A stretch of DNA of 64,000 bases. Source: Candidatus Uhrbacteria bacterium CG10_big_fil_rev_8_21_14_0_10_48_16. Its GTDB lineage: Bacteria > Patescibacteriota > Patescibacteriia > UBA9934 > GWF2-40-263. The stretch spans positions 32,203 through 96,202 of the forward strand of contig PFEU01000018.1 in NCBI GenBank assembly GCA_002793515.1, in the 5' to 3' direction. A program made the translations under genes and the position numbers. How positions within the stretch are numbered: the stretch's first letter is position 1; each line of letters opens with the position of its first letter. Positions 10,147 through 20,090 of this stretch are shown here, in pieces. The notes beneath the pieces are model-generated. The model was given only the letters and a program-made list of their open reading frames with translations, made no database searches and was not told where the DNA came from.

Positions 10147-10260
10147 TTACCCTTGTCGTTGTTTATGACGTGGATTTTTACAAATAACAACGACACGGCC
10201 TTCGCGTCGAAGAACTTTGCAATCGCGACAAATTTTCTTTGCTGATGATCGTACTTTCAT
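10147..10260 (-). CDS. rpmJ: 50S ribosomal protein L36
   Basis: Not in the ORF track (under 60 aa). Minus-strand translation gives [37 protein letters not shown], 37 aa with a Zn-ribbon CxxC...C...H; located between infA and rpsM as expected. Confidence 0.85.
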   Translation of the reverse strand: MKVRSSAKKICRDCKVLRREGRVVVICKNPRHKQRQG

Positions 10261-10296
10261 AATCATAAACGTCATCGAAACGATCGATGACGTTTG

Positions 10297-10518
10297 CTAA
10301 AATCGATAAACGACACGACCCTTTGTAAGGTCGTATGGACTGATCTCAACCTTCACGTCATCGCCTGGAAGAATTCTGATACGAAACTTTCGCATTTTTC
10401 CAGACAAGTGACCTGTGATGATCTGTCCGTTTTCTAGTTTTATTTTGAACTTTGCGGCAGGTAGAAGCTCTTCTACCGAGCCCCGCATCTCAATGAAATC
10501 TTTTGTCGTCTTTGCCAT
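10297..10518 (-). CDS. infA: translation initiation factor IF-1
   Basis: [15 protein letters not shown]...S1-like IF-1 sequence; the upstream 10 codons of the track ORF are probably not translated. Confidence 0.9.
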   Translation of the reverse strand: MAKTTKDFIEMRGSVEELLPAAKFKIKLENGQIITGHLSGKMRKFRIRILPGDDVKVEISPYDLTKGRVVYRF

Positions 10519-10673
10519 AGTGAAATAACGACAGAATTCTAGCATCAATTGCCAGAATCGGCAAGAAATAGTGGAGATTTAAGGCGCCGGTATTGTACTG
10601 ATGCGAGCCTTTGTTGTCAAGAATCTCTCCGTGGATAAATAAAAGGACGAAATTCCTTTTAGTTTAGCCAAAT

Positions 10674-12563
10674 TTATTCCAAAACCGCTTTAATTCTTCT
10701 AACCCCACTTGATGCTGATTCTTCTTTTGAAATCTTAAAGTGACCCAAAATACCGGTATGCTCTACATGCGGACCACCACAAACTTCTTTGCTATAAGAA
10801 CCACCCGTTGCTTCATCCCCAATAAAATACACTTTGATCTGATCTCCGAGCTCTGAATATTTATCCTCAAATAACCCGATTGCCCCTCGTTCTTTTGCTT
10901 GTTCAAGCGAAAGCATTTCAAAATGCACTAATAAATCCTTTTCAATTTGCTGATTCACAAGATCTTCAACAGCTTGAATTTGTTCCTGCGTCATCTTCTC
11001 AGCGTGTGAAAAATCAAAACGCAAGCGATCTGAGGTGATGTTTGAACCTTTCTGCTCTACATGCTCCCCTAGTACAGTGCGAAGAGCCTGATGAAGCATA
11101 TGGGTTGCGGTATGAAGTTTTACGGTCGCATCAGAATGATCCGCAAGACCACCAGCAAACTTTTGTGTAGAACCAGACCGAGAGAGGTCTTGATGCTTTC
11201 GAAACTCTTCCATGAAGATCGTTCGATCAACATGCTGACCTTGTTCTTCTGCCATTTCTTCACTCAGCTCTATAGGAAATCCATACGTTGAGTAAAGAAT
11301 AAACGCATCTTCTCCAGAAATCTTTCCTTTTTGTGAGAACATCTTTTCAAATTCACGTTCTCCTTTTAGAAGCGTTTTTGAGAACTTCTCCTCCTCGCGT
11401 GCGAGCTCTTCGAGAATTCGATCTTCTTTTTGCTTCAAATGAACATAATCCTTCTGGTACTCCCTTATATATAAACTCCCTATCTCAGAAACAAAGGCCG
11501 TATCGATCCCGAGTTTTTTTCCAAATCGGACGGCACGCCGAATTAAACGACGAACAAAATATCCTTGATCCTTATTCGAAGGGAAGACATCATCTCCAAT
11601 GAGAAACGTGGCCGCACACACATGATCAAGAATCACTCGCATCGAACGGGTAATCTCAGGACTTGATTCATAGGATGCGGATGAGAGGCTCTCAAGAGCC
11701 TCTTTTGCCGTTTGAAACGCATCGACCGCAAAAATATCTGGATTCCCATTGAGCGCAGCAGCGATACGGATAAGTCCTCCTCCAAAATCAACATTTTTCT
11801 GCGGAAGCCGTTCAAAACCATCTTCTGTCTTCTTATACTCCATGAAAACATTATTCCCGATCTCTAAAAATCTCCCACAGTCACAATTTACATGACAAGG
11901 AAGGTCTTTGAACTCAGAACGTTCATGTATACCTAAATCCATTCCAAAATCCCAAAACATCTCCGAATCAGGACCACCAGGCTCTCCCACAGGCATCTTG
12001 TCTGGAGTTCCGGAACGAGACCACCAATTCTTTGTCTCATCGTAGTAAAAGATTCGTCCGCCCTGCATCCCGTCACGCTCAGAAAAATCCACATCCAATG
12101 CCTCTATTCCCACATCGGAAAAAACCTTTTTCCAAATTCCTACAGCTTCTTCGTCTTTTGAAATCTGTGCATTCCCTCGGAATACAGTCACGTATAAATT
12201 TTGTGGATCTAATCCAATCGTTTGAGTCAAAAACTCAAACATCCATGGAATTTGTTCCTCCTTGAAGTAATCTCCAAGCGACCAATTTCCAAGCATCTCA
12301 AAAAATGTCGTGTGTCGATTATCTCCAACCTCCTCAATATCCTGAGAGCGAAAGCACTTCTGTGAATCGGCAAGTCTCACACCTTGTGGATGTGCTTCAC
12401 CAAGGAGATACGGAACCATTGGTTGCATTCCAGATCCGGTAAAAAGTGTTGTTGGATCATTCTCAGGAAGAAGCGAGGCAGATGGAATCACAACATGCCC
12501 ACGCTCCTCAAAGAATTTCAGGTATTTCGTTCGAATTTCGTGTATCGTCATAGCAGTACGCAT
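10674..12563 (-). CDS. alaS: alanine--tRNA ligase (short form, 629 aa)
   Basis: Class II aaRS N-terminus (FFEERGH...LLPENDPTTLFTGSGM...FRSQDIEEVGDNRHTTFFEMLGNWS) and editing-domain HxxxH (HTATHMLHQALR). Confidence 0.85.
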   Translation of the reverse strand: MRTAMTIHEIRTKYLKFFEERGHVVIPSASLLPENDPTTLFTGSGMQPMVPYLLGEAHPQGVRLADSQKCFRSQDIEEVGDNRHTTFFEMLGNWSLGDYFKEEQIPWMFEFLTQTIGLDPQNLYVTVFRGNAQISKDEEAVGIWKKVFSDVGIEALDVDFSERDGMQGGRIFYYDETKNWWSRSGTPDKMPVGEPGGPDSEMFWDFGMDLGIHERSEFKDLPCHVNCDCGRFLEIGNNVFMEYKKTEDGFERLPQKNVDFGGGLIRIAAALNGNPDIFAVDAFQTAKEALESLSSASYESSPEITRSMRVILDHVCAATFLIGDDVFPSNKDQGYFVRRLIRRAVRFGKKLGIDTAFVSEIGSLYIREYQKDYVHLKQKEDRILEELAREEEKFSKTLLKGEREFEKMFSQKGKISGEDAFILYSTYGFPIELSEEMAEEQGQHVDRTIFMEEFRKHQDLSRSGSTQKFAGGLADHSDATVKLHTATHMLHQALRTVLGEHVEQKGSNITSDRLRFDFSHAEKMTQEQIQAVEDLVNQQIEKDLLVHFEMLSLEQAKERGAIGLFEDKYSELGDQIKVYFIGDEATGGSYSKEVCGGPHVEHTGILGHFKISKEESASSGVRRIKAVLE

Positions 12564-12591
12564 TCTACAAAAGGGTTGATATCACGTCCAA

Positions 12592-14199
12592 TTAATTATC
12601 GGGTATGACTTCCTGAGGAGAAGACTGACGCATGGTACTGCGTTTAAAGCCTGCAAAGAACTTCGATTGTTCCTCTATACGCAACATCCAACCCATAAAC
12701 ACATAGACGAGCAAGCCGGCACCTCCAGCCAAAAACCCTTGAAGAAATACTCCCATAAAACTTTCGAGCGACAGGAACGATACGACAACCGGTTTTAACA
12801 ACTGCATCACAAAACCAGAAAGCATTCCTGAAATAGCGATTTTAAATACGACTGGAAGAATCGTAGATTCATTTAGAGTCCCCATACGTTGTCTGAGTGT
12901 GATCCAAAGAAGGAGCGCATTGATTGTCGAGGCAACAGAATACGCCATAGCGAGTGCTATCACACCAAAAGCATCTTTCAATAGAAACGCACTCAGAACT
13001 CCTATTAATGCAGAAACCACCGCAACCACAAGTGGGGTAATTGTATCGTGAAGCGCATAGAAGGCTCTTGCTAAGAGAAACACGAGCGATTGTGGAATGA
13101 ACGTTAGGGCAAAGAACGCGAGTGTGTCCGCCGTCGCGATGGTTGCCACCCAATCAAAAGCTCCAGCGCCAACGACCACCCGAACGATTTGAGCCCGCAT
13201 GATAAGAAAAAGGAGCGTCATGGGAACTAACAGGTACAAAAGCTGTCGTGTCGTCCCAGCAATAACTCGGATAAATTCCTCAAAATTCTTTTTATCTGCG
13301 AGTTCAGAAAGCGTTGGGAAAACGGCAATAGCAAAGGAAACTCCAATAATACCAACGGGGAAAAACTCAATATTATACGCAAACTGAAATACGGTAAGAC
13401 TTCCAGCCACAAACGTTGAGGCAATCACGGTCAACAAGATAAACATGAGCTGATTAACCGCAATTCCTATCGTTCGAGGACCCATCAACTTGGCCATTTT
13501 CACCACATCCTTCGAGCGAAGATCAAAAACAAATCGATACCGATATTCCGTATCTTTCAATCCTACAATCTGGACGAGTAAGTGAATGAAGGCTCCTAAC
13601 ACAACCCCCCAGGCGAGACCGACTGGCCCCATGAAATCAACCAACCAGAAAGCTCCTATGATAATTCCTACATTATAAAAAATCGGAGCCAGGGCGTAGA
13701 GGAAAAACTTTTTTAGACTCTGCAAAACAGATCCATAAATCATCGAGATCGCAAGGAACACCTGACCTAAAAACATGACACGCATGAATGATGCAACGCG
13801 AACTTGCTTGAACTCTTGAAACCCAGGAGCAACAACTTCGGAAAGTGGCCCAGAAAATAAGATAAGCAATATCGAGCTGACTACGACGATTCCACCGATC
13901 AAATGCACCGTGTTATTGGCAAACGCCCACGCCTTCTCTTTTCCTAAAGGATGATTGTAATGGGAAAGAAAGATCGGAATAAAACTGGCCGATAAAGCTC
14001 CAACAACAATCAAGCTAAACAATAAATCCGGAATCTTAAATGCCGCATAATAGACATCGAGCGTATCCCCCGCCCCAAACGCCCCTGCCAGAATACGATC
14101 TCGGATAAACCCGACGATCCGACTCATAAACGAAAGGACGCCCACAATCGTTGCGGCGCCTATAATCGTCTTTGATTCTTTTTGGATAAATCTCAACAT
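12592..14199 (-). CDS. murJ: lipid II flippase MurJ (MviN)
   Basis: SRIVGFIRDRILAGAFGAGDTLDVYYAAFKIPDLLF N-terminal signature, 14 TM; likely start is at MLRFIQKE, not the track start. Confidence 0.8.
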   Translation of the reverse strand: MLRFIQKESKTIIGAATIVGVLSFMSRIVGFIRDRILAGAFGAGDTLDVYYAAFKIPDLLFSLIVVGALSASFIPIFLSHYNHPLGKEKAWAFANNTVHLIGGIVVVSSILLILFSGPLSEVVAPGFQEFKQVRVASFMRVMFLGQVFLAISMIYGSVLQSLKKFFLYALAPIFYNVGIIIGAFWLVDFMGPVGLAWGVVLGAFIHLLVQIVGLKDTEYRYRFVFDLRSKDVVKMAKLMGPRTIGIAVNQLMFILLTVIASTFVAGSLTVFQFAYNIEFFPVGIIGVSFAIAVFPTLSELADKKNFEEFIRVIAGTTRQLLYLLVPMTLLFLIMRAQIVRVVVGAGAFDWVATIATADTLAFFALTFIPQSLVFLLARAFYALHDTITPLVVAVVSALIGVLSAFLLKDAFGVIALAMAYSVASTINALLLWITLRQRMGTLNESTILPVVFKIAISGMLSGFVMQLLKPVVVSFLSLESFMGVFLQGFLAGGAGLLVYVFMGWMLRIEEQSKFFAGFKRSTMRQSSPQEVIPDN

Positions 14200-14203
14200 G
14201 CAT

Positions 14204-15355
14204 CTATTGTCTCTTTTTCTTTCCGAGGGCAACAAAGAACCCAATCCCAACCAGTAACAGCACCACAAGAAGGGCGAGTGAAACGAGAATGATCGTATTC
14301 TCTAGGTGAAAGAATGGGACGAAAACAGTCGTTGTTTCATTTGAGACGATTCCTGCCCCATCGGTCATAGTCAATGTTACCGTATACGCACCAGAAGAAT
14401 TGTAGGTGTGCTGAACAGACGACTTTGAAGAAGTCACACCATCTCCAAAATCCCACACATAAACCATGGACGTATCTAGTACGGAGAGAACATCAAACGT
14501 GAATGTATTCCAATCATCCTGCCCGTATCTGAAAATCGCATTTGGTGAGATATGGATTTCCTCTAAGACAAGGGCTTCTTTTTCTTCAGGAACATTTGCC
14601 TCTACACGTTCTGGCTCGGATGAACTTTCTTTGATTGATTTTGCGACCTCCTCAACAATCCTTTTAAACGCGTCCGTGCTTGGGACTTCGGCTTTCGCCT
14701 GCTCCGGTGAATCTTCCGTCGTCACTTCAATCTCCGTCCTCTGCGGATCATTTGGATAGGCATCGTCTGAATCATCAACTCCATCTCCGTCTGAATCCAC
14801 CGTTGTAGGACTTGTGTGCAATTCTGCTTCTACCTCATCAGAAATCCCATCATTATCATCATCAGGATCACACGCATCCCCTTGGCCGTCCCCATCTGTA
14901 TCAAGTTGAGAAGCATTTGAAACAGAAATACAATTATCCTCATCATTCGCAACTCCATCTCGATCATCATCTATGATCGGATAGAGAATTTGTGTCACGG
15001 CGGAATCGTTCGCCATATTAACATCCGTCGGATCCGTCCCTCGAATCATGGCGAGGATATTAAACTTACTGGATGGAACAATAAAATCAACATAAACCTC
15101 TTCAGGATTTCCATCCTTGAGAAGTGATATGACCACCGGGTCATCAAGAAGCGTTGCTCCCTGATAGAACGAAACGTATCCGGAAACATCTTCATCTCCA
15201 ACGTTATTGACGGTTGCATAAATTCGAACCTGGTCACCGGCGACCAATGGATCGTGTGAAAAAAAGATATCTGTCTGACCGATCGCAAGATCCGCTGTGG
15301 CATGAGCGGGATAAGGGAAAAAAGCGAGAGCGATAATGAAAAGGAATCGTTTCAT
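14204..15355 (-). CDS. secreted surface protein with thrombospondin type-3 (Ca-binding) repeats, a PKD-like domain and a C-terminal TM anchor
   Basis: Signal peptide; repeated DxDxDGxxDxxD motifs (DTDGDGQGDACDPDDDNDGISD, DSDGDGVDDSDD); C-terminal hydrophobic helix plus KKKRQ. Confidence 0.6.
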   Translation of the reverse strand: MKRFLFIIALAFFPYPAHATADLAIGQTDIFFSHDPLVAGDQVRIYATVNNVGDEDVSGYVSFYQGATLLDDPVVISLLKDGNPEEVYVDFIVPSSKFNILAMIRGTDPTDVNMANDSAVTQILYPIIDDDRDGVANDEDNCISVSNASQLDTDGDGQGDACDPDDDNDGISDEVEAELHTSPTTVDSDGDGVDDSDDAYPNDPQRTEIEVTTEDSPEQAKAEVPSTDAFKRIVEEVAKSIKESSSEPERVEANVPEEKEALVLEEIHISPNAIFRYGQDDWNTFTFDVLSVLDTSMVYVWDFGDGVTSSKSSVQHTYNSSGAYTVTLTMTDGAGIVSNETTTVFVPFFHLENTIILVSLALLVVLLLVGIGFFVALGKKKRQ

Positions 15356-15909
15356 AAAATAACGGAGTCACCAGTTTGGATCCACTGTGGCGCTGCCTCA
15401 TCTTTTGTGAGGTGAAACGCCGGAATAAAAGTAGGATGAACACGCACCACCACATGATCGAACATCATCTGCTCGCGATCCTTCACACGAAGTGAGATCA
15501 CATCATGATGAGAAATGTTGAGCTCCTTTGCCATCTGAGGAGAAAGGTGAAGATGACGAATCGGAATGATGGTACTCGCTTTTGCACGAACCTCGCCAAA
15601 GTCAGTCTTAAGGATCACGGATGCAGAACGATCAAGATCCCCTGAAATGCGCAAAGGGGCATTGACCCCAATCGCAAAGGCGTCACTTGAAGAAAGTTCA
15701 ACTTGGGTATGACTTCGCACAGGGCCTATGACACACACTTTTTCAAACGTCCCAGATGGACCATGAATCGAAACCGTTTGTTTAGCAACAAATTGATTTC
15801 TTTGATCAATCACCGTACTTGTCTCGAGATCCGTCGATTGAAAAAGGATCAGTGCATCAGCCTCAGATACATGCACGTGTCGATGCTGTACTACGATAGG
15901 AATCGTCAT
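15352..15909 (-). CDS. PduL/EutD-like phosphate propanoyl/acetyl-transferase family protein
   Basis: Two repeated RH(V/L)H(V/L)S motifs (QHRHVHVSEADA; IRHLHLSPQMA) typical of the PduL double domain. Confidence 0.5.
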   Translation of the reverse strand: MTIPIVVQHRHVHVSEADALILFQSTDLETSTVIDQRNQFVAKQTVSIHGPSGTFEKVCVIGPVRSHTQVELSSSDAFAIGVNAPLRISGDLDRSASVILKTDFGEVRAKASTIIPIRHLHLSPQMAKELNISHHDVISLRVKDREQMMFDHVVVRVHPTFIPAFHLTKDEAAPQWIQTGDSVIL

Positions 15910-15910
15910 A

Positions 15911-16828
15911 TCAACTTCGAGAACGTCTGAGAATAACAAGAACCACCAAAGCCATCCCAACAAGCCCAAACACGTAGAACAGACCTACGATCTTTGCGTC
16001 TGAAGCATAGGGAAGCCATGGAACATTCATTCCATAGAATCCTGCGATCAAGGTTGGAACCATAAGGGATGCTGAAACAACGGTAAGCAACGTCACAACC
16101 TCATTCGTGCGATGTGACAAAAGGGCTTCATTCACGTCAAAAAGTCCATCAACAATCAATTTAAGATTGTCTGCTGCCATCCAGATCGTATCCAAAATAT
16201 CTTGAACATCATCAAAATACAGTGTCATGTCGTCTGAAATAAAGCTACGCTTCATGTTCATGAGACTGGAAAGAATTGTTCGTTGAGGATCAATCACATG
16301 ACGAAGAAACAAAATGTTTCTTCGCGCATGGCCCAAATCAACGGTGATTTTCTTATCGTGTCGTTTTTCAATGGCTTGTTCGAGACGACGCACTTCTAGG
16401 GTAAGGTTCGAGACCAGAGATACAGAATCACGAAATACTTCTGCCAGAATCTTATGAAGACAAAAGGCTGTCCCGTGTCCTAAAATCGATGAACGAAATT
16501 TCGCACTTTTCTCCATGCGTTCTGCAAAAGCCTCGAGAGCTGGAATGGGGGTATGTGTAATCGTCACAAGCCCTTCTGTACTCAAAAAGACGTACAGTTC
16601 CTCTCCAAATAAGTACCCCGTCTCTGAATCGATCATCGGGATATGAAACACAAAGAAGATGTAGTGTTTGTATGGATCCATCTTTGAAATTGGGGTCTCT
16701 GCACGAATGTCCTCGTAATCAAGATGATGAAATTTAAAACGTCCTTGAAGTTCTTCAAGATCTACATCTGTGACATGACCAATGTGATGCCAGTTGAGTC
16801 CTTTTGATTCAAGAATGATTGCCCCCAT
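15911..16828 (-). CDS. corA: magnesium/cobalt transporter CorA
   Basis: C-terminal two TM helices with the YGMNV (GMN) motif. Confidence 0.8.
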   Translation of the reverse strand: MGAIILESKGLNWHHIGHVTDVDLEELQGRFKFHHLDYEDIRAETPISKMDPYKHYIFFVFHIPMIDSETGYLFGEELYVFLSTEGLVTITHTPIPALEAFAERMEKSAKFRSSILGHGTAFCLHKILAEVFRDSVSLVSNLTLEVRRLEQAIEKRHDKKITVDLGHARRNILFLRHVIDPQRTILSSLMNMKRSFISDDMTLYFDDVQDILDTIWMAADNLKLIVDGLFDVNEALLSHRTNEVVTLLTVVSASLMVPTLIAGFYGMNVPWLPYASDAKIVGLFYVFGLVGMALVVLVILRRSRS

Positions 16829-16832
16829 AGAT

Positions 16833-17555
16833 TTACGTTTGTTTTTTATCCTTTGTTTTTGCGTGACCAAACGTATACCGAAACTTGTTATGTCGGATGG
16901 GACCCAAAAAGGCGAGGTGTAACTCTGCTAAGAGGTACTTGATCGCAATATTCATCCGCCCGTCACGATCTAGGCGTCGAATCGATACGGGAATTTTTGT
17001 TGAACGTAAAAATCCAAAAGTCCCGGCCTCTGAAGCACGTCTTGCATAATCATGATCCTCACAAAACAACACTGTTTCATCAAATCCTCCAATAGACTCA
17101 TGAAGGCTTCGACGCACGAGCATACAAAATCCAGGAGCGTGCGGATAAACCGAACCCCATGCCCGTGCATAGGTGTTGTACGCCTTATGTAAAAAATGAT
17201 CGATGAACTGATCAGAAAGTGGAAACACGTCACACGTCGCTAAGTCCAATTTCTTTTCCAACATCTCTCCAACCGCTTTCTCTAAAAATTCAGGATCACG
17301 AAGCTCCACATCTGCATCAAGGAATAATAGGAATTCTGTAGAAGCCTCACGTGCCCCTGCATTTCGCCCAAAGGAAATAAGTCCACCCTCTACGACCCTC
17401 GCATTAAACGAACGAGCAAGATCACGTGTGGCATCTGACGACTGCGCATCTGAAACAATAATTTCGACAGGTTGTAGTGTCTGCCTATGGATCGATGCAA
17501 GAAGTCGAGGGAGAGACTCTTCTTCGTTTTTTGTCGGAATAATGATAGTCAACAT
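16833..17555 (-). CDS. glycosyltransferase family 2
   Basis: MLTIIIPTKNEEESLPRLL...EIIVSDAQSSDATRD GT2 N-terminus. Confidence 0.7.
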   Translation of the reverse strand: MLTIIIPTKNEEESLPRLLASIHRQTLQPVEIIVSDAQSSDATRDLARSFNARVVEGGLISFGRNAGAREASTEFLLFLDADVELRDPEFLEKAVGEMLEKKLDLATCDVFPLSDQFIDHFLHKAYNTYARAWGSVYPHAPGFCMLVRRSLHESIGGFDETVLFCEDHDYARRASEAGTFGFLRSTKIPVSIRRLDRDGRMNIAIKYLLAELHLAFLGPIRHNKFRYTFGHAKTKDKKQT

Positions 17556-17565
17556 CGCACCTATT

Positions 17566-18015
17566 TTAGCGTGCCTTTCTTGTCAAAGCAAACAGCGCGA
17601 TCCCCGTAGCGACCGAGACGTTTAATGATTGTTTTTTTCCAGGCATGTCTATTTCGATGTACGCATCGCAGGCGTCTAAAATCTCTTGTTCGATTCCATC
17701 GACTTCATTTCCCAGGATAAGGGCGATTGGACGATCTGTGTGGAACGAATCGATTGAAACACTCCCCTTCCTGTTCTCTAATGCCACAATGACATACCCC
17801 TTCTTCGTTAATTCTGTGAGAACGTTTCGCACATCTTCTGTGTACTCCCATGGCACACGGTGTTCAGAGCCAAGGGAGACCTTTGCAATTTCTTTTCGAG
17901 GAGGAGTCCCGCTAAATCCGGTTAAATAAAGCTTTTCAATCGCAAAGACGTCGCAGGACCGGAAAATCGATCCGACGTTATGAAGCGAGCGTATATTGTG
18001 TGCAATCACGATCAT
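17566..18015 (-). CDS. SpoU/TrmH-family RNA 2'-O-methyltransferase (TrmL-like)
   Basis: 149 aa; SPOUT knot motifs (HNVGSIFRSCDVF...LILGNEVDGI...VSVATGIALF). Confidence 0.75.
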   Translation of the reverse strand: MIVIAHNIRSLHNVGSIFRSCDVFAIEKLYLTGFSGTPPRKEIAKVSLGSEHRVPWEYTEDVRNVLTELTKKGYVIVALENRKGSVSIDSFHTDRPIALILGNEVDGIEQEILDACDAYIEIDMPGKKQSLNVSVATGIALFALTRKAR

Positions 18016-18056
18016 ACCTTGAAATAAATGAGGAAAGAGCGTAGTCTTCCACCGTT

Positions 18057-19187
18057 ATGTCTATGTTGTGTCCTCACAAAGAGGTATGTGGATCCTGTTC
18101 TTGGTCCCATATCCCCTATCAAAAACAATTGAATCAGAAACTCTCTGATATCAACGGTTCTTTTGCCTTAAAAGATCTCGATTTGACGTGCCAAACCATT
18201 CTACCATCTCCGGTCACAGAACATTATCGAAACCGAATGGATTTCGTGATTGATTTCGAAGGACGGGTTGGTATGCGTGAAAAAGGAAAGTGGTGGAAGG
18301 TTATTGATGGTCACACCTGTTTCCTGGCAGATGCTTCCATTGAAAGGCTTTTTACCCACGTGCGAAGCTGGACAAAAACAGCAGGTCTCAGCTTCTACGA
18401 TCGAAAAGCGCATACAGGACTTTTACGCTACGCCGTTATTCGAGCCACACGCTCTGGCGAAACACTGATCAATATCGTCACTTCAACTCCTGCAACGGAA
18501 GAAGAAACGCTCTTCGTCCGTACAGCTCTCCAATCCCTTGCCACCGTGACAGGCGCAACAACACTCATCTGGTCACAAAATACGACCATCACCGATGTCA
18601 GTTACGGAGATATTCTTGAAACCATCTCAGGGCCAGGATACATCCAAGAAATAATCAGAGGATCAACATTTCGTATTAGCCCAAACGCCTTCTTTCAGAC
18701 CAACTCCCATGGCGCTGAACTGCTTCTAGATACCGTAGACGAATTCTGTGGCGATCTGAAAGGAAAAACCCTTCTTGATCTCTATTGTGGCTCTGGATTC
18801 TTTTCCATTGCCTTGGCCGGTCAAGCACAAAAAACGATCGGGATTGAAATGGTGGAGGAGGCCATTGCGGATGCTCGTATCAACGCAACCCTCAATCAGG
18901 TCGATGTCGCATTTCACGATGCGAAAACAGAAGATTTTGATTGGAAACAATTTCGTGCGGATGTTGTCATCCTTGATCCTCCTCGAAGTGGGATGCATGA
19001 TAAGGCACTTGCGGACATCCTTGCCACTCCTCCAAAAGAGATCGTGTACGTCTCCTGTAACTTCAAAAACTTTGCCCGAGAGATGGTACAATTACAGAGA
19101 ATCTATCACGTAGACAACATGCGAGCGATCGATATGTTCCCCCACACCCCACATGTTGAACTCGTTTCTAAACTTACTCGCAAATAA
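18057..19187 (+). CDS. 23S rRNA (uracil-5)-methyltransferase RumA/RlmD family
   Basis: N-terminal 4Cys cluster (CPHKEVCGSCSW), SAM motif LLDLYCGSGFFS, catalytic VVILDPPRSG. Confidence 0.8.
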   Translation: MSMLCPHKEVCGSCSWSHIPYQKQLNQKLSDINGSFALKDLDLTCQTILPSPVTEHYRNRMDFVIDFEGRVGMREKGKWWKVIDGHTCFLADASIERLFTHVRSWTKTAGLSFYDRKAHTGLLRYAVIRATRSGETLINIVTSTPATEEETLFVRTALQSLATVTGATTLIWSQNTTITDVSYGDILETISGPGYIQEIIRGSTFRISPNAFFQTNSHGAELLLDTVDEFCGDLKGKTLLDLYCGSGFFSIALAGQAQKTIGIEMVEEAIADARINATLNQVDVAFHDAKTEDFDWKQFRADVVILDPPRSGMHDKALADILATPPKEIVYVSCNFKNFAREMVQLQRIYHVDNMRAIDMFPHTPHVELVSKLTRK

Positions 19188-19191
19188 TCGT

Positions 19192-20043
19192 ATGCCTAAA
19201 TCTGGATTCGTCGTCATGATTGGTCGTTCAAATGTTGGGAAATCAACATTAATGAACTCCATCGTAGGTTCAAAAATCGCCATCACGACCCCAAAGCCTC
19301 AAACCACACGACTTCCCATTCAAGGGATCGTGACACGTGACAAAGGTCAGATGGTGTTTGTTGATACTCCTGGAATTCTAAAAGGTGCAAAGGACATGCT
19401 CTCAAAACGTCTTGCAGATTCCGTGCGCGCATCGCTTGAGGATGTGGATGTTATTGCCTACATTGTCGATCCAACGCGAGAAATTGGCCAAGAGGAACGA
19501 GAGGTCATGCGTATGATTGAATCCATTGATAAGCCGAAGGTTCTCGTCATTAACAAAATCGATCTCGAACACAAACCGTTTATCGACTTTTACCGCGATC
19601 TCTCAGAAAACTATACAGCGACCATTGAAGTATCCGCTCTCAGAGGAACCCATGTTCACACACTCATTGACAAATTTTATGAGTTTCTTCCAGAAGGTGT
19701 GTATTACTACCCTGAACATCAACTCACAAACATGCCCAACAAGACATGGTTGGCGGAATTGATCCGTGAAAAGTTGTTTCTACGCTTGCGCCAGGAGCTT
19801 CCCTACACCACACATGTCGAAGTGACGGAAGTCGAAGAGCGGGAAAACGGGATGATGTATGTTGCGGGAACCATCTTTACCACCGAAGAACGTTATAAGA
19901 GCATGATTATTGGTAAGGGTGGCCGAGGCATTCGTGAGATTGGACAATCCACCAGAAAAGAACTTGAAGCGGTGATGGGAACAAAGGTGTTTCTCGACCT
20001 CACGGTGGAAGTAGATGCCTATTGGATGAACCGATTCGAATAA
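19192..20043 (+). CDS. era: GTPase Era
   Basis: KSGFVVMIGRSNVGKSTLMN G1, DTPG G3, NKID G4 and C-terminal KH domain; the ATG sits 5 nt after the rumA stop. Confidence 0.9.
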   Translation: MPKSGFVVMIGRSNVGKSTLMNSIVGSKIAITTPKPQTTRLPIQGIVTRDKGQMVFVDTPGILKGAKDMLSKRLADSVRASLEDVDVIAYIVDPTREIGQEEREVMRMIESIDKPKVLVINKIDLEHKPFIDFYRDLSENYTATIEVSALRGTHVHTLIDKFYEFLPEGVYYYPEHQLTNMPNKTWLAELIREKLFLRLRQELPYTTHVEVTEVEERENGMMYVAGTIFTTEERYKSMIIGKGGRGIREIGQSTRKELEAVMGTKVFLDLTVEVDAYWMNRFE

Positions 20044-20062
20044 GATGACGAAAAGGCCCTAA

Positions 20063-20090
20063 GAAAAAACGAGCTACTCGCTCGTTTTTT
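20063..20090. terminator. bidirectional terminator AAAAAACGAGC-tactc-GCTCGTTTTTT
   Basis: Perfect hairpin with A-tract and T-tract, between convergent genes. Confidence 0.6.
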
